A DNA stretch of 64,000 bases. It comes from a virus. Both the position numbers and the translations under genes were made by a program. The stretch is taken from the IMG/VR virus record IMGVR_UViG_3300010970_000144, positions 5,591-69,590 of that record; one strand, 5' to 3'. Shown piece after piece: positions 28,401 through 38,000 of the stretch (position 1 is its first letter; each line of letters begins with the position of its first letter). The notes under the pieces are model-generated. The model worked only from the letters and a program-made list of their open reading frames with translations. It was not told the origin of the DNA and searched no databases.

Positions 28401-29669
28401 AAAAAACTTATATCATCATTAGAAGATGTTAGAAAAGTACACGAAAAAGAGTTCGGTAAAGCAAAAGAAGAGGTAAAGAAAAAAGAAAAAGTTAAATTAA
28501 CTGAAAGAGAGATAGATAAAATAGAAAAAGAAGCAAATAAAACAGAAAAAGATATTTCTAAAGATTACTATAAATCTTTTTCAATTGGGGAAAATGGTAA
28601 AATAAAAGATGGTAGTATTCTTGTAAATACAGATATAAAAAATGGCAACTCTGTTTTTAGAATTGAATTTAAAAGACAAGGTAAAGAAACCGCAAGTCCC
28701 CAAACGGTTAATGAAATAAAAAAATGGGCTGAATCAAAAGGACTTGAATTTACCGGAACAACAAAAGAAGAATTGCGCGAAACAATTGACTTTAAGTTGC
28801 CTTTTGGTAAAAAAGAAGCAGCTTCTGTAAAAGAAAAAGTTACAATCGCTGAAAAGCCAAAAGAAGAAAAAACATTTGCTCAAAAAGACCTAGACAGAGC
28901 TGAAGCTAAAAGAATACATGGTAAAGTTGCTGAAATGGATCCTCCTAGTGATGCCGAGCAAGTTGCATTAAGGTATTTAGCTGAGGGTGGAAAGGTTAGT
29001 CAAGATGCTATTAATGAGGTTTCTGGCACTACAAAGAGAGCTTCTTTGAATACTGGACGCAGAGAGCTTAAAACAGGAGAAGCGAAAGCTAGAGATTATG
29101 CAGGCGGTACAGAATCATTGGATGATTTAGCTCATAGATTATGGGAAGCTAGTGGTCAGGAAATATCAGAAATAGATATTAAAGATGCTCTAATGTCTGA
29201 AATTGGTAATAATAACACCAGATTAGAGGCAAGTAAAGCTTATTTAGAGAGGTATAATATAGAATATCAGGAAGAGCAGTATTACGAAAGGTTTATTGAA
29301 GAAGATAAAGAGCAGCACGCAAAAATTCAAGAAGAGCTTGAGAGGGATTTAAGAAAACCATTAGAAGAGGAAATTGAAGGGATGTCATCAGAAGAGCATA
29401 TAAACAATTTAATCAAACAATATGAAGCAGAAACTAAAAGAGAAAATAAACAACTTGGACCCGAAGGTGAGGGAGAAGCTGCTGAGGAGATTAGCAGCAG
29501 AGATACTAGAAAGAAGGCTCCAGAAGAAGCAGAGTTAGCAAAAGAGTACAAAGAAGCTGTAAATAAGGCTAGCAAAAAAGCTAAAGAAAATGCTAAAAAA
29601 GACTTTGTAGATCGTAACTTTGAGAACTTAGTAGAAAAATTAAAAATCCAAATAAAATGCCCAACGTAA
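25419..29669 (+). CDS. large cargo/polyvalent protein with ADP-ribosyltransferase-like segment
   Basis: 1416 aa; Ala/Gly hydrophobic helices; VYHG..GLFVS.D...AEAYA..GYKAI..ILVLNP at about 27108-27500. Confidence 0.6.
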   Translation: MPDQFEQYYKYLKANGADVAPDFNSFKNTLSDYSNASKYYSYLKENQFDVPANYESFADTFGLKKKDGGIVSSPTELPLQGFNQKQIDLLKKGVEKPIQSLSQKKSSGLVVPTNLPKQEALAYENELKLNDVAVNTLTDIYKKKGLKFDPSRPAAKKQIQEYVDKSINGDLTKVAGKDGKEYLVRSQGFLESAGDSFVRSLKDPIESTEINFTDSPEELANLLDEKIRREPNVPEEAPSAVSGYLGGLAGGLPKLAAIAAIPYVGQTAMVGEMYYNALANQRRELYQRGLEEGMDRVSAAKKAMEIAPVSAIPDALVAAVMAKGVGGKSAGGIIPNAAKESFIKAAGNALKSVGLVSATGGFAGYERSKIQQRAGYKVTDAEAIENGFREAGDYAIMDAAFKVAHIGPKYLSSAAKNVLSTVPKEVLNVVAEKYPDGQRTLDEIPKFVETKAKVQDFVPEEKLASVTGLTEKTDNIKSEIKDLEEKKKAVTPAIEKEIDLEIAEKNKEVDFYDNQIKKVIKSKDQTGISEEVDDATGLKAGEQIVPKEFKITEEVAPTEEEISVYHGGGIKDLSSAEGGLFVSADKGQAEAYAKGNQGQVQEFKLNKNDISNENNVREIINELGLKSKEEGWDLNDLMLHEIIDPRFETSLSESDLNKLFKELEKRGYKAIEMMATDVSGNQRNVNDILVLNPKETLKGVKPAEIKQPAKELAEGEGVTFKTPEGSKITGEKVEIPGYEDMDLVLVRDGFENKIYELSSGLEMGGTQEAFSKEDAINSLRKQLQERNITSGKVHNVIFKGEKVKQINPSKKFETYAEERKSREAADYEKMPLKYSPEEIKKLEELKKKSIEFGIDKKTKEIEDAIASRSREGKFKAPVTYFESLLDKEIERKIKKEYEVRKEPYPKEFIKEIPTPTLETIKKTVNQTSKRDKYEKIPDDIKKIMLEGYQKNVDILNKYGYYPYEQSNVFFDNLLRFMGNLGARENREARLIEARKKLISSLEDVRKVHEKEFGKAKEEVKKKEKVKLTEREIDKIEKEANKTEKDISKDYYKSFSIGENGKIKDGSILVNTDIKNGNSVFRIEFKRQGKETASPQTVNEIKKWAESKGLEFTGTTKEELRETIDFKLPFGKKEAASVKEKVTIAEKPKEEKTFAQKDLDRAEAKRIHGKVAEMDPPSDAEQVALRYLAEGGKVSQDAINEVSGTTKRASLNTGRRELKTGEAKARDYAGGTESLDDLAHRLWEASGQEISEIDIKDALMSEIGNNNTRLEASKAYLERYNIEYQEEQYYERFIEEDKEQHAKIQEELERDLRKPLEEEIEGMSSEEHINNLIKQYEAETKRENKQLGPEGEGEAAEEISSRDTRKKAPEEAELAKEYKEAVNKASKKAKENAKKDFVDRNFENLVEKLKIQIKCPT

Positions 29670-30157
29670 AAAATTTATTAAGCCCAAGCATGAAGAAGGG
29701 CTTGCAGAAAGCAATATATGCAGAACTTTACCAATCTAATCTTTGGAAGCATATAGCAAACAATTTACAAAGATTAGGTTACTTCGGTGGTCAAAAGTAT
29801 TTCTTAGCAGAAAGCGCTGAGGAGCTTACTCATTATCAAATATTTGTTGATTTTATCAACGATATGGGTGATGTAGCAGACGTTCCAAAAATAGACGCTA
29901 TTGAAGATGAAATTGATTCAATTGCAACAGCTTTACAAATAGCTTACGACATGGAGTTAGATGTGTATAACCAATACAAAAAATTCTACAAAGAAGCTGA
30001 AGAAGAAGATTGTGCAGTAGGTATCTTCATGCAGCAGTTTGTTACCATTCAATTAAAAGCAGTTGGTGCTTATGGTGATTTAATTAGTCGTTATAACAGA
30101 TGTGGCACAAACGAAGCCGCTATTTTAGAATTTGATAGATATTTATCAAAACAATAA
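29657..30157 (+). CDS. ferritin-like protein
   Basis: AELYQSNLW..YFLAESAEELTH..AYDMELDV..FMQQFVTIQ four-helix ferritin pattern. Confidence 0.8.
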   Translation: MPNVKNLLSPSMKKGLQKAIYAELYQSNLWKHIANNLQRLGYFGGQKYFLAESAEELTHYQIFVDFINDMGDVADVPKIDAIEDEIDSIATALQIAYDMELDVYNQYKKFYKEAEEEDCAVGIFMQQFVTIQLKAVGAYGDLISRYNRCGTNEAAILEFDRYLSKQ

Positions 30158-30169
30158 TACTTATAAATA

Positions 30170-33100
30170 ATGGGTTGCATTTACATTATAGACGGAATTG
30201 AATACAACGAGGCGCAGCTTAAAGAATACTTAGCTAAAAATTTAGAGTCTTTTTCTAAAGAGTTAGCTGGAGAGGATTCTGAATTTAGGGGCATCAATAA
30301 AGCGGCTAATCAGATAAGGAGAGAGATGCTGGGAATGGAGAGTTATGATCCAGATGTGGTTACTAATATTGAGGCGAATAAAAAAGCTGAAGAATGGTTA
30401 AAGGCCGGAGGTGATGTAAATAAGCTACTAAGTGATATAGAATCTAAAAAACCTGTTACCTCTTTTGATCAAGAAGTTGTAAAGATTTTGAATATTGAAT
30501 TAGATGCTAAGATAGCAGAAAACCCAACTGATGAATTAATTGCTAAGCAGAGAAGATTAGTTCAAATTAATGACTTAATTGCTACTGATGCGGCTAGGTT
30601 ATTACAGGCTAGAAAAGGTATGCCTCCTCCAATGTCAACTATTTCTGATTATTACATTGATAAAATGAATAAAAATGGAGTAGATGTATTGACCGAAAAA
30701 CAAAAAGCAGAAGCAAAAGCTGATTTTGAAAAAATACAAAAAACTGAAAAGGAAGTAGAGGATTTAAGAGCAAAGGTAGATGAAGTTGCTGCTAAAGAAT
30801 TAACTCAAAGGGAAGTAAACGAAACAAAAAAAACAGTTAGATTAGGAGAAGCTCCTAAAAAGAAGGTAGACTATGCTGCTGAAAGAAGTAAGGTAATTAA
30901 TGATATTAGAAAGAAATTAAGATCAAATAAATTAACAGCAGTCCCTATACCGTTTATTGATAAGTATATTGAAATAGCTCCGGATGTTGCAAAGTTAGCA
31001 AGGTTGTATGTTGAAGAAGGTGTTGAAAAGCTTGATGATTTAGTTGCAAAAGTATATGATGTATTAAGCTCTGAAATAGCCGGACTTAATAAGAAAGATG
31101 TTCAGGATATGATTGCTGGCAAATATAGTAAGCCTAGAGAAACAAAATCAGAAGTACAAAGAAAGCTAGAAGATTTAAAGAAAGAAGCTAAATTACTTAA
31201 TGAGATTGAAGATGTAAAAGCAGGTAAGCCAAAAACAGAGAGAGAGGAGATTAAGAAAAATCAAAGAATAGCTGACTTAAACAGACAATTAGTTAAGGTC
31301 AGGGAAGAGGCTGGTTATTATAATGAAGGAAGCAAAAAGCTGGAAGGTTCTATTAAAAATGTTGAATCACAAATAGCTGAATTTGAAAGAAGAATTAAAG
31401 AAGGAGATTATTCTGAAAAGCCGAAGCGTTTAAATATATTAGATGATTTTGAGTTAAGAAAGAAAAACCCTGAATTATTTAATAAGCTATTGGATGCTAG
31501 AGATAGGCTGGATAATTTAAAATTTGAGTATGCTCAAAAAATGGCTAAAGAGGAGATAGAATCTAAAAAAGGTTTTGTAAAAGCAATTGCTAAAACTGGA
31601 AAAATTGCTAAAGAAGGATTTAATACTGTAAAAGCCTTAAAAGCAGGTGTAGATAACTCTGTTATATTTATTCAAAATGGACTTGCTGTTTTAAATCCAT
31701 TGAATATAAAAGCTACTAAAAAGGGACTAGAGGCACAGTTAGATGTCGCTTTTAGTGAGTTAAATTTTAGAAGAAGATTAGTTGCTATTCATGAGAATAA
31801 GCCTTTAATGGATATGGTTAAAAGGTCTGGCTTGGATATTATTGATCCAAAAGGATTTAGAGAATCAATTACAAATGAGCAATTTGGTGGACAAAACTGG
31901 TTAGATAAAATAAAGTTTAAGGTAAAGGGTAAAGAATATAAGGCATCAGGATTAACATCTCCGTTTGAAAGAATTTTTGCTGCATTTAGTAATGAATTTA
32001 GATTGCAAATATTTTTAAGAGGAGCAGAAAGATTGATAGAAAAAGGTAAAACATTAGATAATAATATTGAAGATTTTAAGAGCTTAGCTAGTTACGCAAA
32101 TAATATTACTGGTAGAGGCAAAATTCATAATAGAATAAAAAAGGCAGAACCTATTATATCTTCATTAATATGGGCGCCCGGCCTTATGTCATCTTCAATG
32201 AATATCATGGGGCTTGGGGATATAGTTAGTTTTGCTGATTCAAAATCTTATGGTGCTAAGGGGGTAGGTAAAGGTTATTACAGAGCAATGACTCCTGAAG
32301 TTGCAAAGTATGCCGCAAAAGAAACAGCTGCCGGTATAGCTATGGGTGTATTAATTATGGGTGCAATGGCGATGGATGAAGATAAAGAGGTGGATTACAA
32401 TCCAGAAAGTGTTACATTCGGTCAAGTAAGAGATACTAAAAACGGTTGGTCTTACAATGTATTTGGTAGATTTACTCCTTATATAAGATACTTGGCAATG
32501 ATGACAATGAGAGGGAAGGTAATTGACGGTAAGCCTGTTAAGTTTGATGCTAAAGCAGAAACATATAAATTCTTTAGAGGTAAAGCAGCTCCGTTTGCTG
32601 GGGTGGCAACCGATTTAGCGTTTTCAGAGAATTTTCAAGGTAAAAAATACACTTTAGATAATAAAGGACAGATTGCTAGTGATTTATTTGAGCCATTATT
32701 TGTAAAGGAGGTGAGAGAGCAAATGAAGATAGATGGCACAGATGCAATTTTGACCAGAGCCATTCCTTCTTTTGTAGGTATCAAGGTGGTAAATGAAAAG
32801 ATGTACGATAAGAGAGATTTGGAATCTTTATTAGAAGATACTCAAGTTTCTAGCACAATGGATAAAAATCTTATGGTTAACTATAATGAAGATCCAGCTG
32901 GCAAACCCATAACAAGTAAAGAGTTTGATGAATTTGCAAAACAGAGAGATGAGTTAGTTGGCAAATATGTTACCGATATATATGAAAAAGGGGTTCCTGT
33001 TTTAGTAGATGGTGTTACAATAATCAAGCCAATCTCAGAAGTTCCAAAAGAGGACCTAATAAAAGCCATGGATAAAATAAAGACGCTTGCAACAAAGAAA

Positions 33101-33223
33101 GTGAAAAAGAGTTTATTTGGCGAAAAACCAGAACTAGAAGAGTATGCGCAAGAAGATTTAAGACTAACTTGGAAAGATGTATTAGAGCTAGAAGAGGAAG
33201 AGGATCAACAAGAAGAACAATAA
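30170..33223 (+). CDS. large cargo/internal virion protein
   Basis: 1017 aa; coiled coil plus C-terminal region with hydrophobic helix. Confidence 0.6.
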   Translation: MGCIYIIDGIEYNEAQLKEYLAKNLESFSKELAGEDSEFRGINKAANQIRREMLGMESYDPDVVTNIEANKKAEEWLKAGGDVNKLLSDIESKKPVTSFDQEVVKILNIELDAKIAENPTDELIAKQRRLVQINDLIATDAARLLQARKGMPPPMSTISDYYIDKMNKNGVDVLTEKQKAEAKADFEKIQKTEKEVEDLRAKVDEVAAKELTQREVNETKKTVRLGEAPKKKVDYAAERSKVINDIRKKLRSNKLTAVPIPFIDKYIEIAPDVAKLARLYVEEGVEKLDDLVAKVYDVLSSEIAGLNKKDVQDMIAGKYSKPRETKSEVQRKLEDLKKEAKLLNEIEDVKAGKPKTEREEIKKNQRIADLNRQLVKVREEAGYYNEGSKKLEGSIKNVESQIAEFERRIKEGDYSEKPKRLNILDDFELRKKNPELFNKLLDARDRLDNLKFEYAQKMAKEEIESKKGFVKAIAKTGKIAKEGFNTVKALKAGVDNSVIFIQNGLAVLNPLNIKATKKGLEAQLDVAFSELNFRRRLVAIHENKPLMDMVKRSGLDIIDPKGFRESITNEQFGGQNWLDKIKFKVKGKEYKASGLTSPFERIFAAFSNEFRLQIFLRGAERLIEKGKTLDNNIEDFKSLASYANNITGRGKIHNRIKKAEPIISSLIWAPGLMSSSMNIMGLGDIVSFADSKSYGAKGVGKGYYRAMTPEVAKYAAKETAAGIAMGVLIMGAMAMDEDKEVDYNPESVTFGQVRDTKNGWSYNVFGRFTPYIRYLAMMTMRGKVIDGKPVKFDAKAETYKFFRGKAAPFAGVATDLAFSENFQGKKYTLDNKGQIASDLFEPLFVKEVREQMKIDGTDAILTRAIPSFVGIKVVNEKMYDKRDLESLLEDTQVSSTMDKNLMVNYNEDPAGKPITSKEFDEFAKQRDELVGKYVTDIYEKGVPVLVDGVTIIKPISEVPKEDLIKAMDKIKTLATKKVKKSLFGEKPELEEYAQEDLRLTWKDVLELEEEEDQQEEQ

Positions 33224-33233
33224 AATATTAAGT

Positions 33234-33398
33234 ATGCCATACAAATCTAAGGCCCAAGCCGCCTACTTTAATATACATAAAAAAGAGCTTGAAAAAGAAG
33301 GAGTTGACGTAGCAGAATGGAACAGAGAGAGCAGGGGGATGAAGCTACCCAAAAAAGCTAGTAAATTAGCAGCCATGAAGAAAAGAAAAAAGGGCTAA
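33234..33398 (+). CDS. small basic protein (54 aa)
   Basis: Hand translation MPYKSKAQAAYFNIHKKELEKEGVDVAEWNRES... Confidence 0.6.
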   Translation: MPYKSKAQAAYFNIHKKELEKEGVDVAEWNRESRGMKLPKKASKLAAMKKRKKG

Positions 33399-33441
33399 TA
33401 TAGCTATATTTTTCTTATATTTGGTGTAAAATTTAAAGCAA

Positions 33442-33960
33442 ATGCCTCTTGTACCTAATTTTACGGCCAGTCAATTTAGTGGCACTCCGTCAGTTATTAC
33501 ATTAACCGATACAAGTACGGGAAGTGATGGTTCTATTACTTCTCGCAGAGTATATTTATTACAAGCTAATGGTACGTTTCTAGTACCGGCTGGAACAACT
33601 ACAGATTATGTGGTTTGGGATTTAGTTGATACAAGCATTGATTTAGATGTGTTATCTCAAGATTCTGCATTAAGTATTACTGTACAATGGATGAGCAGTA
33701 CAAATACTGTAGTCACTTCAAAGACTATATCATTCGCATTTACAGCATATAATGAAACTTTTTATTACGGCTTAACTGAAAGTCAAGTTGCAAATTCTAA
33801 TTTGTCTGCAAGCACCAACTGGTACCAAACGAAACTAGTATTACGAGTTGAAATTGATAGTGCGGATCAGGCAATTACATTTGCTTCTGATATTTATTCA
33901 GCACAAGCTGCATTAAACAGAGCAACATACATATCTACTAACCAAGCTTTATTCTTCTAA
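33442..33960 (+). CDS. putative tail hub/structural protein (PKD/Ig-like N-terminus)
   Basis: PNFTAS..ITLTDTSTG beta pattern; TATATTTG promoter box just upstream. Confidence 0.55.
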   Translation: MPLVPNFTASQFSGTPSVITLTDTSTGSDGSITSRRVYLLQANGTFLVPAGTTTDYVVWDLVDTSIDLDVLSQDSALSITVQWMSSTNTVVTSKTISFAFTAYNETFYYGLTESQVANSNLSASTNWYQTKLVLRVEIDSADQAITFASDIYSAQAALNRATYISTNQALFF

Positions 33961-33962
33961 AC

Positions 33963-34493
33963 ATGACACCACAAGAAGTAGTATCTATAGCAGAAATTTC
34001 ACAATACCTTTGGAATGATTCTATTCCTAAGCAAAATGCTTTCTTCAATGGAAGTATTGATCCGCGTAAGGCTCAACAACTTTACCTAGAAAGAAAAGCT
34101 TTGCAATATGGTATTGACCAATCATTATCAGGAATCCCCGGAACTTCTAATTATGTTTATGCACTATGTGGTTCTAAATTGCAAGTGGCAATAGAAATAT
34201 TAGGAACTGGAACTGGTGGTGGCGGTGTAATTCCCGGCGGCGGTGGTAACTTTAGTGTATTTGAATACTCAGACAATGCGGTCTTAGGTTCATTTACAAT
34301 ATACTTCCCACAAGCAGTTGGTAAGAGATGTGTTAACGCATTTAGACAAGGTAACAATATAGGAACCATATTAACTTCAGGTACTCCAACAGGAAACCAA
34401 GTTGTGTGGGATAAAACTACGGGAGCGTTGACTGTAGCAGCTGGTGTTGCTTTTTATAGTAATGAATTTGTTCGTGTGATAGTTCAACAATAA
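33963..34493 (+). CDS. putative tail structural protein
   Basis: Two domains joined by a Gly-rich linker; upstream of the tail fibre. Confidence 0.55.
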   Translation: MTPQEVVSIAEISQYLWNDSIPKQNAFFNGSIDPRKAQQLYLERKALQYGIDQSLSGIPGTSNYVYALCGSKLQVAIEILGTGTGGGGVIPGGGGNFSVFEYSDNAVLGSFTIYFPQAVGKRCVNAFRQGNNIGTILTSGTPTGNQVVWDKTTGALTVAAGVAFYSNEFVRVIVQQ

Positions 34494-34504
34494 AAATAAT
34501 ATAC

Positions 34505-35017
34505 ATGAAATTAATTAAAGGAATGACTGACTATTTAATCACATTGGATGGCAGAGTATTTTCTTTGAAAACAATGAGATTTTTGAAAAATTTTGTTAAA
34601 AATGATTATGTATATGTTAAAATAGGGAGTAAATCGTATTTGGCTCACAGGTTAGTAGCTCAAACATATATTGAAAACCCTGAAAATAAAGCAACTGTAA
34701 ATCACATTGATGGTGTCAAAACAAACAATTTATTGTTTAATTTGGAATGGGCTACCCCCTCAGAAAACATGAAACATGCTTGTGATACAGGTTTAAGAAA
34801 AATATCAGAAGCTTTAAGAGAAAGCGGCAGGATAGCTGCTGAAAGATTTGGGGCAAAAAATGGATATGTATTTAAGAAAATTGTATTAGATACTGAAACA
34901 GGTGTCTTTTATGAAGGTGCTAAAGAAGCTGCTGATACTATTAATGTAAATGCAAAATATTTGTGGAGAAGATTGAATGGCGAGTTAAAAAATACAACAA
35001 AATTTAAATACGTTTAA
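34505..35017 (+). mobile_element. free-standing HNH homing endonuclease
   Basis: AHRLVAQTYIENPENKATVNHIDGVKTNN..NLEWATPSENMKHA. Confidence 0.9.
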
Positions 35018-35018
35018 G

Positions 35019-38000
35019 GTGGCTGTACAAAATTTAATAACGGGAGAGTTCCAAATTCGTCAAGAAAATGGAGTTTTGGTAGCTGTGAACGGATTGGTTT
35101 CCGCAGATACTTCTGGTACTATTGGTACTTCGGGATCTAGCGGTTCATCTGGAACATCAGGATCTAGTGGTTCATCTGGTATTTCTGGTTCTTCGGGTAG
35201 CACCGGTACAAGCGGATCTTCAGGTAGTTCTGGGACTTCGGGATTAAATGGCTCTTCAGGCACAAGTGGTAGTTCAGCGACTAGTGGCAGCTCAGGCACA
35301 TCTGGTACCACAGGTAGCAATGGGACATCGGGTACGTCTGGTACTACGGGGACCTCTGGTAGTTCAGGTACATCGGGTAGTTCTGGTACGTCAGGCACCA
35401 CTGGTACGTCAGGTACGTCAGCCACAAGTGGTACTTCAGGTACTTCGGGCAGCTCAGGTATAGATGGCACATCGGGTACTTCAGGAAGCTCAGCAACTTC
35501 TGGTTCTTCTGGGACTTCTGGTTCATCGGGAAGTTCAGGTAGTTCTGGGGCGAATGGTAGTAATGGCACTTCGGGTACTTCAGGAATTGATGGTACTTCT
35601 GGAAGCTCAGGCAGCTCTGGATTAGATGGAAGCAACGGCACTTCAGGTACATCGGGAATAAATGGCACATCGGGGATAGACGGCACTTCAGGTTCATCAG
35701 GTTCTTCGGGAAGCTCTGGTTCTTCAGGTACGTCTGCTATAGATGGTACGTCTGGTTCTTCGGGTACATCTGGAACTTCAGCAACAAGCGGCACTTCAGG
35801 TACTTCTGCGACAAGCGGCACTTCTGGTACGTCAGCTACATCAGGTACTTCTGGAACTTCAGGATATTCTGGAGATAAATATTACACAACGTCAACATCA
35901 ACCTTTACTCTTGGTAATGCAGGAACTATAACAGTTGGTACAGGGTTAGCCTATTCGGTAGCTCAATCAATTATTGTGGTTTATGATGCAAACAACTTCC
36001 AAGAGTGTGAGGTTATTTCATATAACTCAGGAACCGGAGCATTGCAGTTTGCTGCTCCAGTAAGAACAGTTGGTTCCGGAACATATTCATCATGGACAAT
36101 AAACTTAGATGGTGCTAGTGGAGGCGATGGATCAAGCGGTACGTCAGGAACTTCAGGTGTTAGCGGTACGTCAGGAACTACAGGCACATCAGGTTCCTCA
36201 GGTACAACTGGAACATCGGGCAGTTCAGGTTCTTCGGGTTCAAGTGGGACTTCGGGAACGTCAGGACGTAATGGTATAGATGGTTCTTCAGGAGCTTCTA
36301 TTGCCAACTGGTATGGTTCTTTTTCTAGTTCTTTAACACAAACTGTTACAGCTGCTAATACCCCTACTGTAATTACTTATAATACAGTAGAGATTTCAAA
36401 TGGTACAACTATCAGTGGTTCGCAAATTGGTTATCAGCATGCTGGTATCTATGAAATTGGTTATTCTTTACAAGTAGAGAAAACTCAAGGTGGTGGTGCT
36501 GCTGACGTTGAAATTTGGTTAAAGAAAAATGGTTCTGATATTTTAAGAACAGATTCAATTTTAGGTTTATCTTCTAATAGTATAAAGCAGCTTCCATTCG
36601 TTTCAATAATGTTGGAACTTGCTGCTAATGATTATTTAGAAATATATTTTGCATCTGACAGTGACCATGTTCAAGTAACAGCGGTTCCGGCTCAGACATC
36701 TCCTTATGTGGTTCCAGCAGCTCCATCTGTTATTGTAGTTACAAAGCAAGTTGGTATAGCTGTAGGTACAACATCTGGAACAAGCGGAAGCTCAGGAAGT
36801 TCAGGCACGTCTGGGACTGCGGGTACCTCTGGAAGTAGTGGTGTAAACGGCACATCTGGTACCTCTGGTAGTTCAGGAGTGAGCGGTTCATCTGGTTCTT
36901 CTGGAAGTTCGGGTACGACTGGTACATCAGGTACGACTGGTACGTCCGGCACATCAGGATTTAACGGAACATCTGGTTCATCTGGTACTACTGGAACTTC
37001 AGGTTCATCGGGTACAAATGGAACGGGGGGTACGTCAGGAACTAGTGGTAGTACGGGTACGTCTGGCACATCTGGTACTACGGGTACGTCAGGTTCAAGC
37101 GGTACGAGTGGCAGTTCGGGTACGTCTGGTACGACAGGTACGAGTGGGACATCTGCTGTAAATGGTACTTCAGGATCATCAGGCACGTCTGGGACATCTG
37201 CTACTTCTGGTACAAGTGGATTTACCCCTACCAACCAAGTAACCGGTACAGGTACTACTAACTACCTACCTAAGTTTACAGGTACAAGTACAATAGGTAA
37301 TAGTATTATTCAAGACGCTTCTACTTATATTGATGTAGCAGGTTATGCCTTTTTAAGAAGAGGTGGAAAATATTTATTATTAAATCCTAATTATGCTGGA
37401 ACAACTGTTTATGCAGATATTTCTGCCGAAGCAGGAATGGGTTTATCGTTATCAGCTAATGGGGTAACTAAACAATTATATATTGACACTTCAGGCAATT
37501 TAGGTTTAGGAGTAACACCAAGTGCGTGGGGTTCAACAGTTAGAGTATTACAATTTGAGAATGGCGGAAGCATAGCATCAAACCAATCTACGCAAGTATC
37601 GTTTAACAATAACGTTTATTCTGTTCCGGGTACAAATGACTACTATATTTCAAGTGCATTTGCAAGTAGATATATTCAATTTCAAGGTCAACATATTTGG
37701 TCAACCGCTCCTTCAGGAACGGCAGGTAACGCTATCAGCTTTACACAAGCTATGACGTTAAACGCTTCAGGTAACTTATCCATTGGTAATACTAATGATA
37801 CTTATAAACTTGATGTGAGTGGAACGGGTATATTTAGAGGAGCATTAACTATAAGTGGACCTTCTCCTTTAAAATTCAAATATTCAGATAACTATGACTA
37901 TTATGGAATAGGATATATTTCAGGTGCTGATTATGGTTTTTATAACTATAACTATGGCAGAACAGATTTATTATTTACGCAATCAACAGGTGCAGCTACA

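Noticed and set aside
23309-33223. Virion RNA polymerase as in crAss phages
   Set aside because: No DxDxD catalytic motif noticed and the proteins are much shorter
34494-35019. Group I intron around the HNH gene
   Set aside because: Flanks are only 11 and 1 nt and both neighbouring genes look complete
35060-37234. Long minus-strand ORFs (VPE/VPD repeats) and alternate-frame ORFs over the fibre
   Set aside because: Antisense shadows of the GTS repeats, which lack stop codons on that strand
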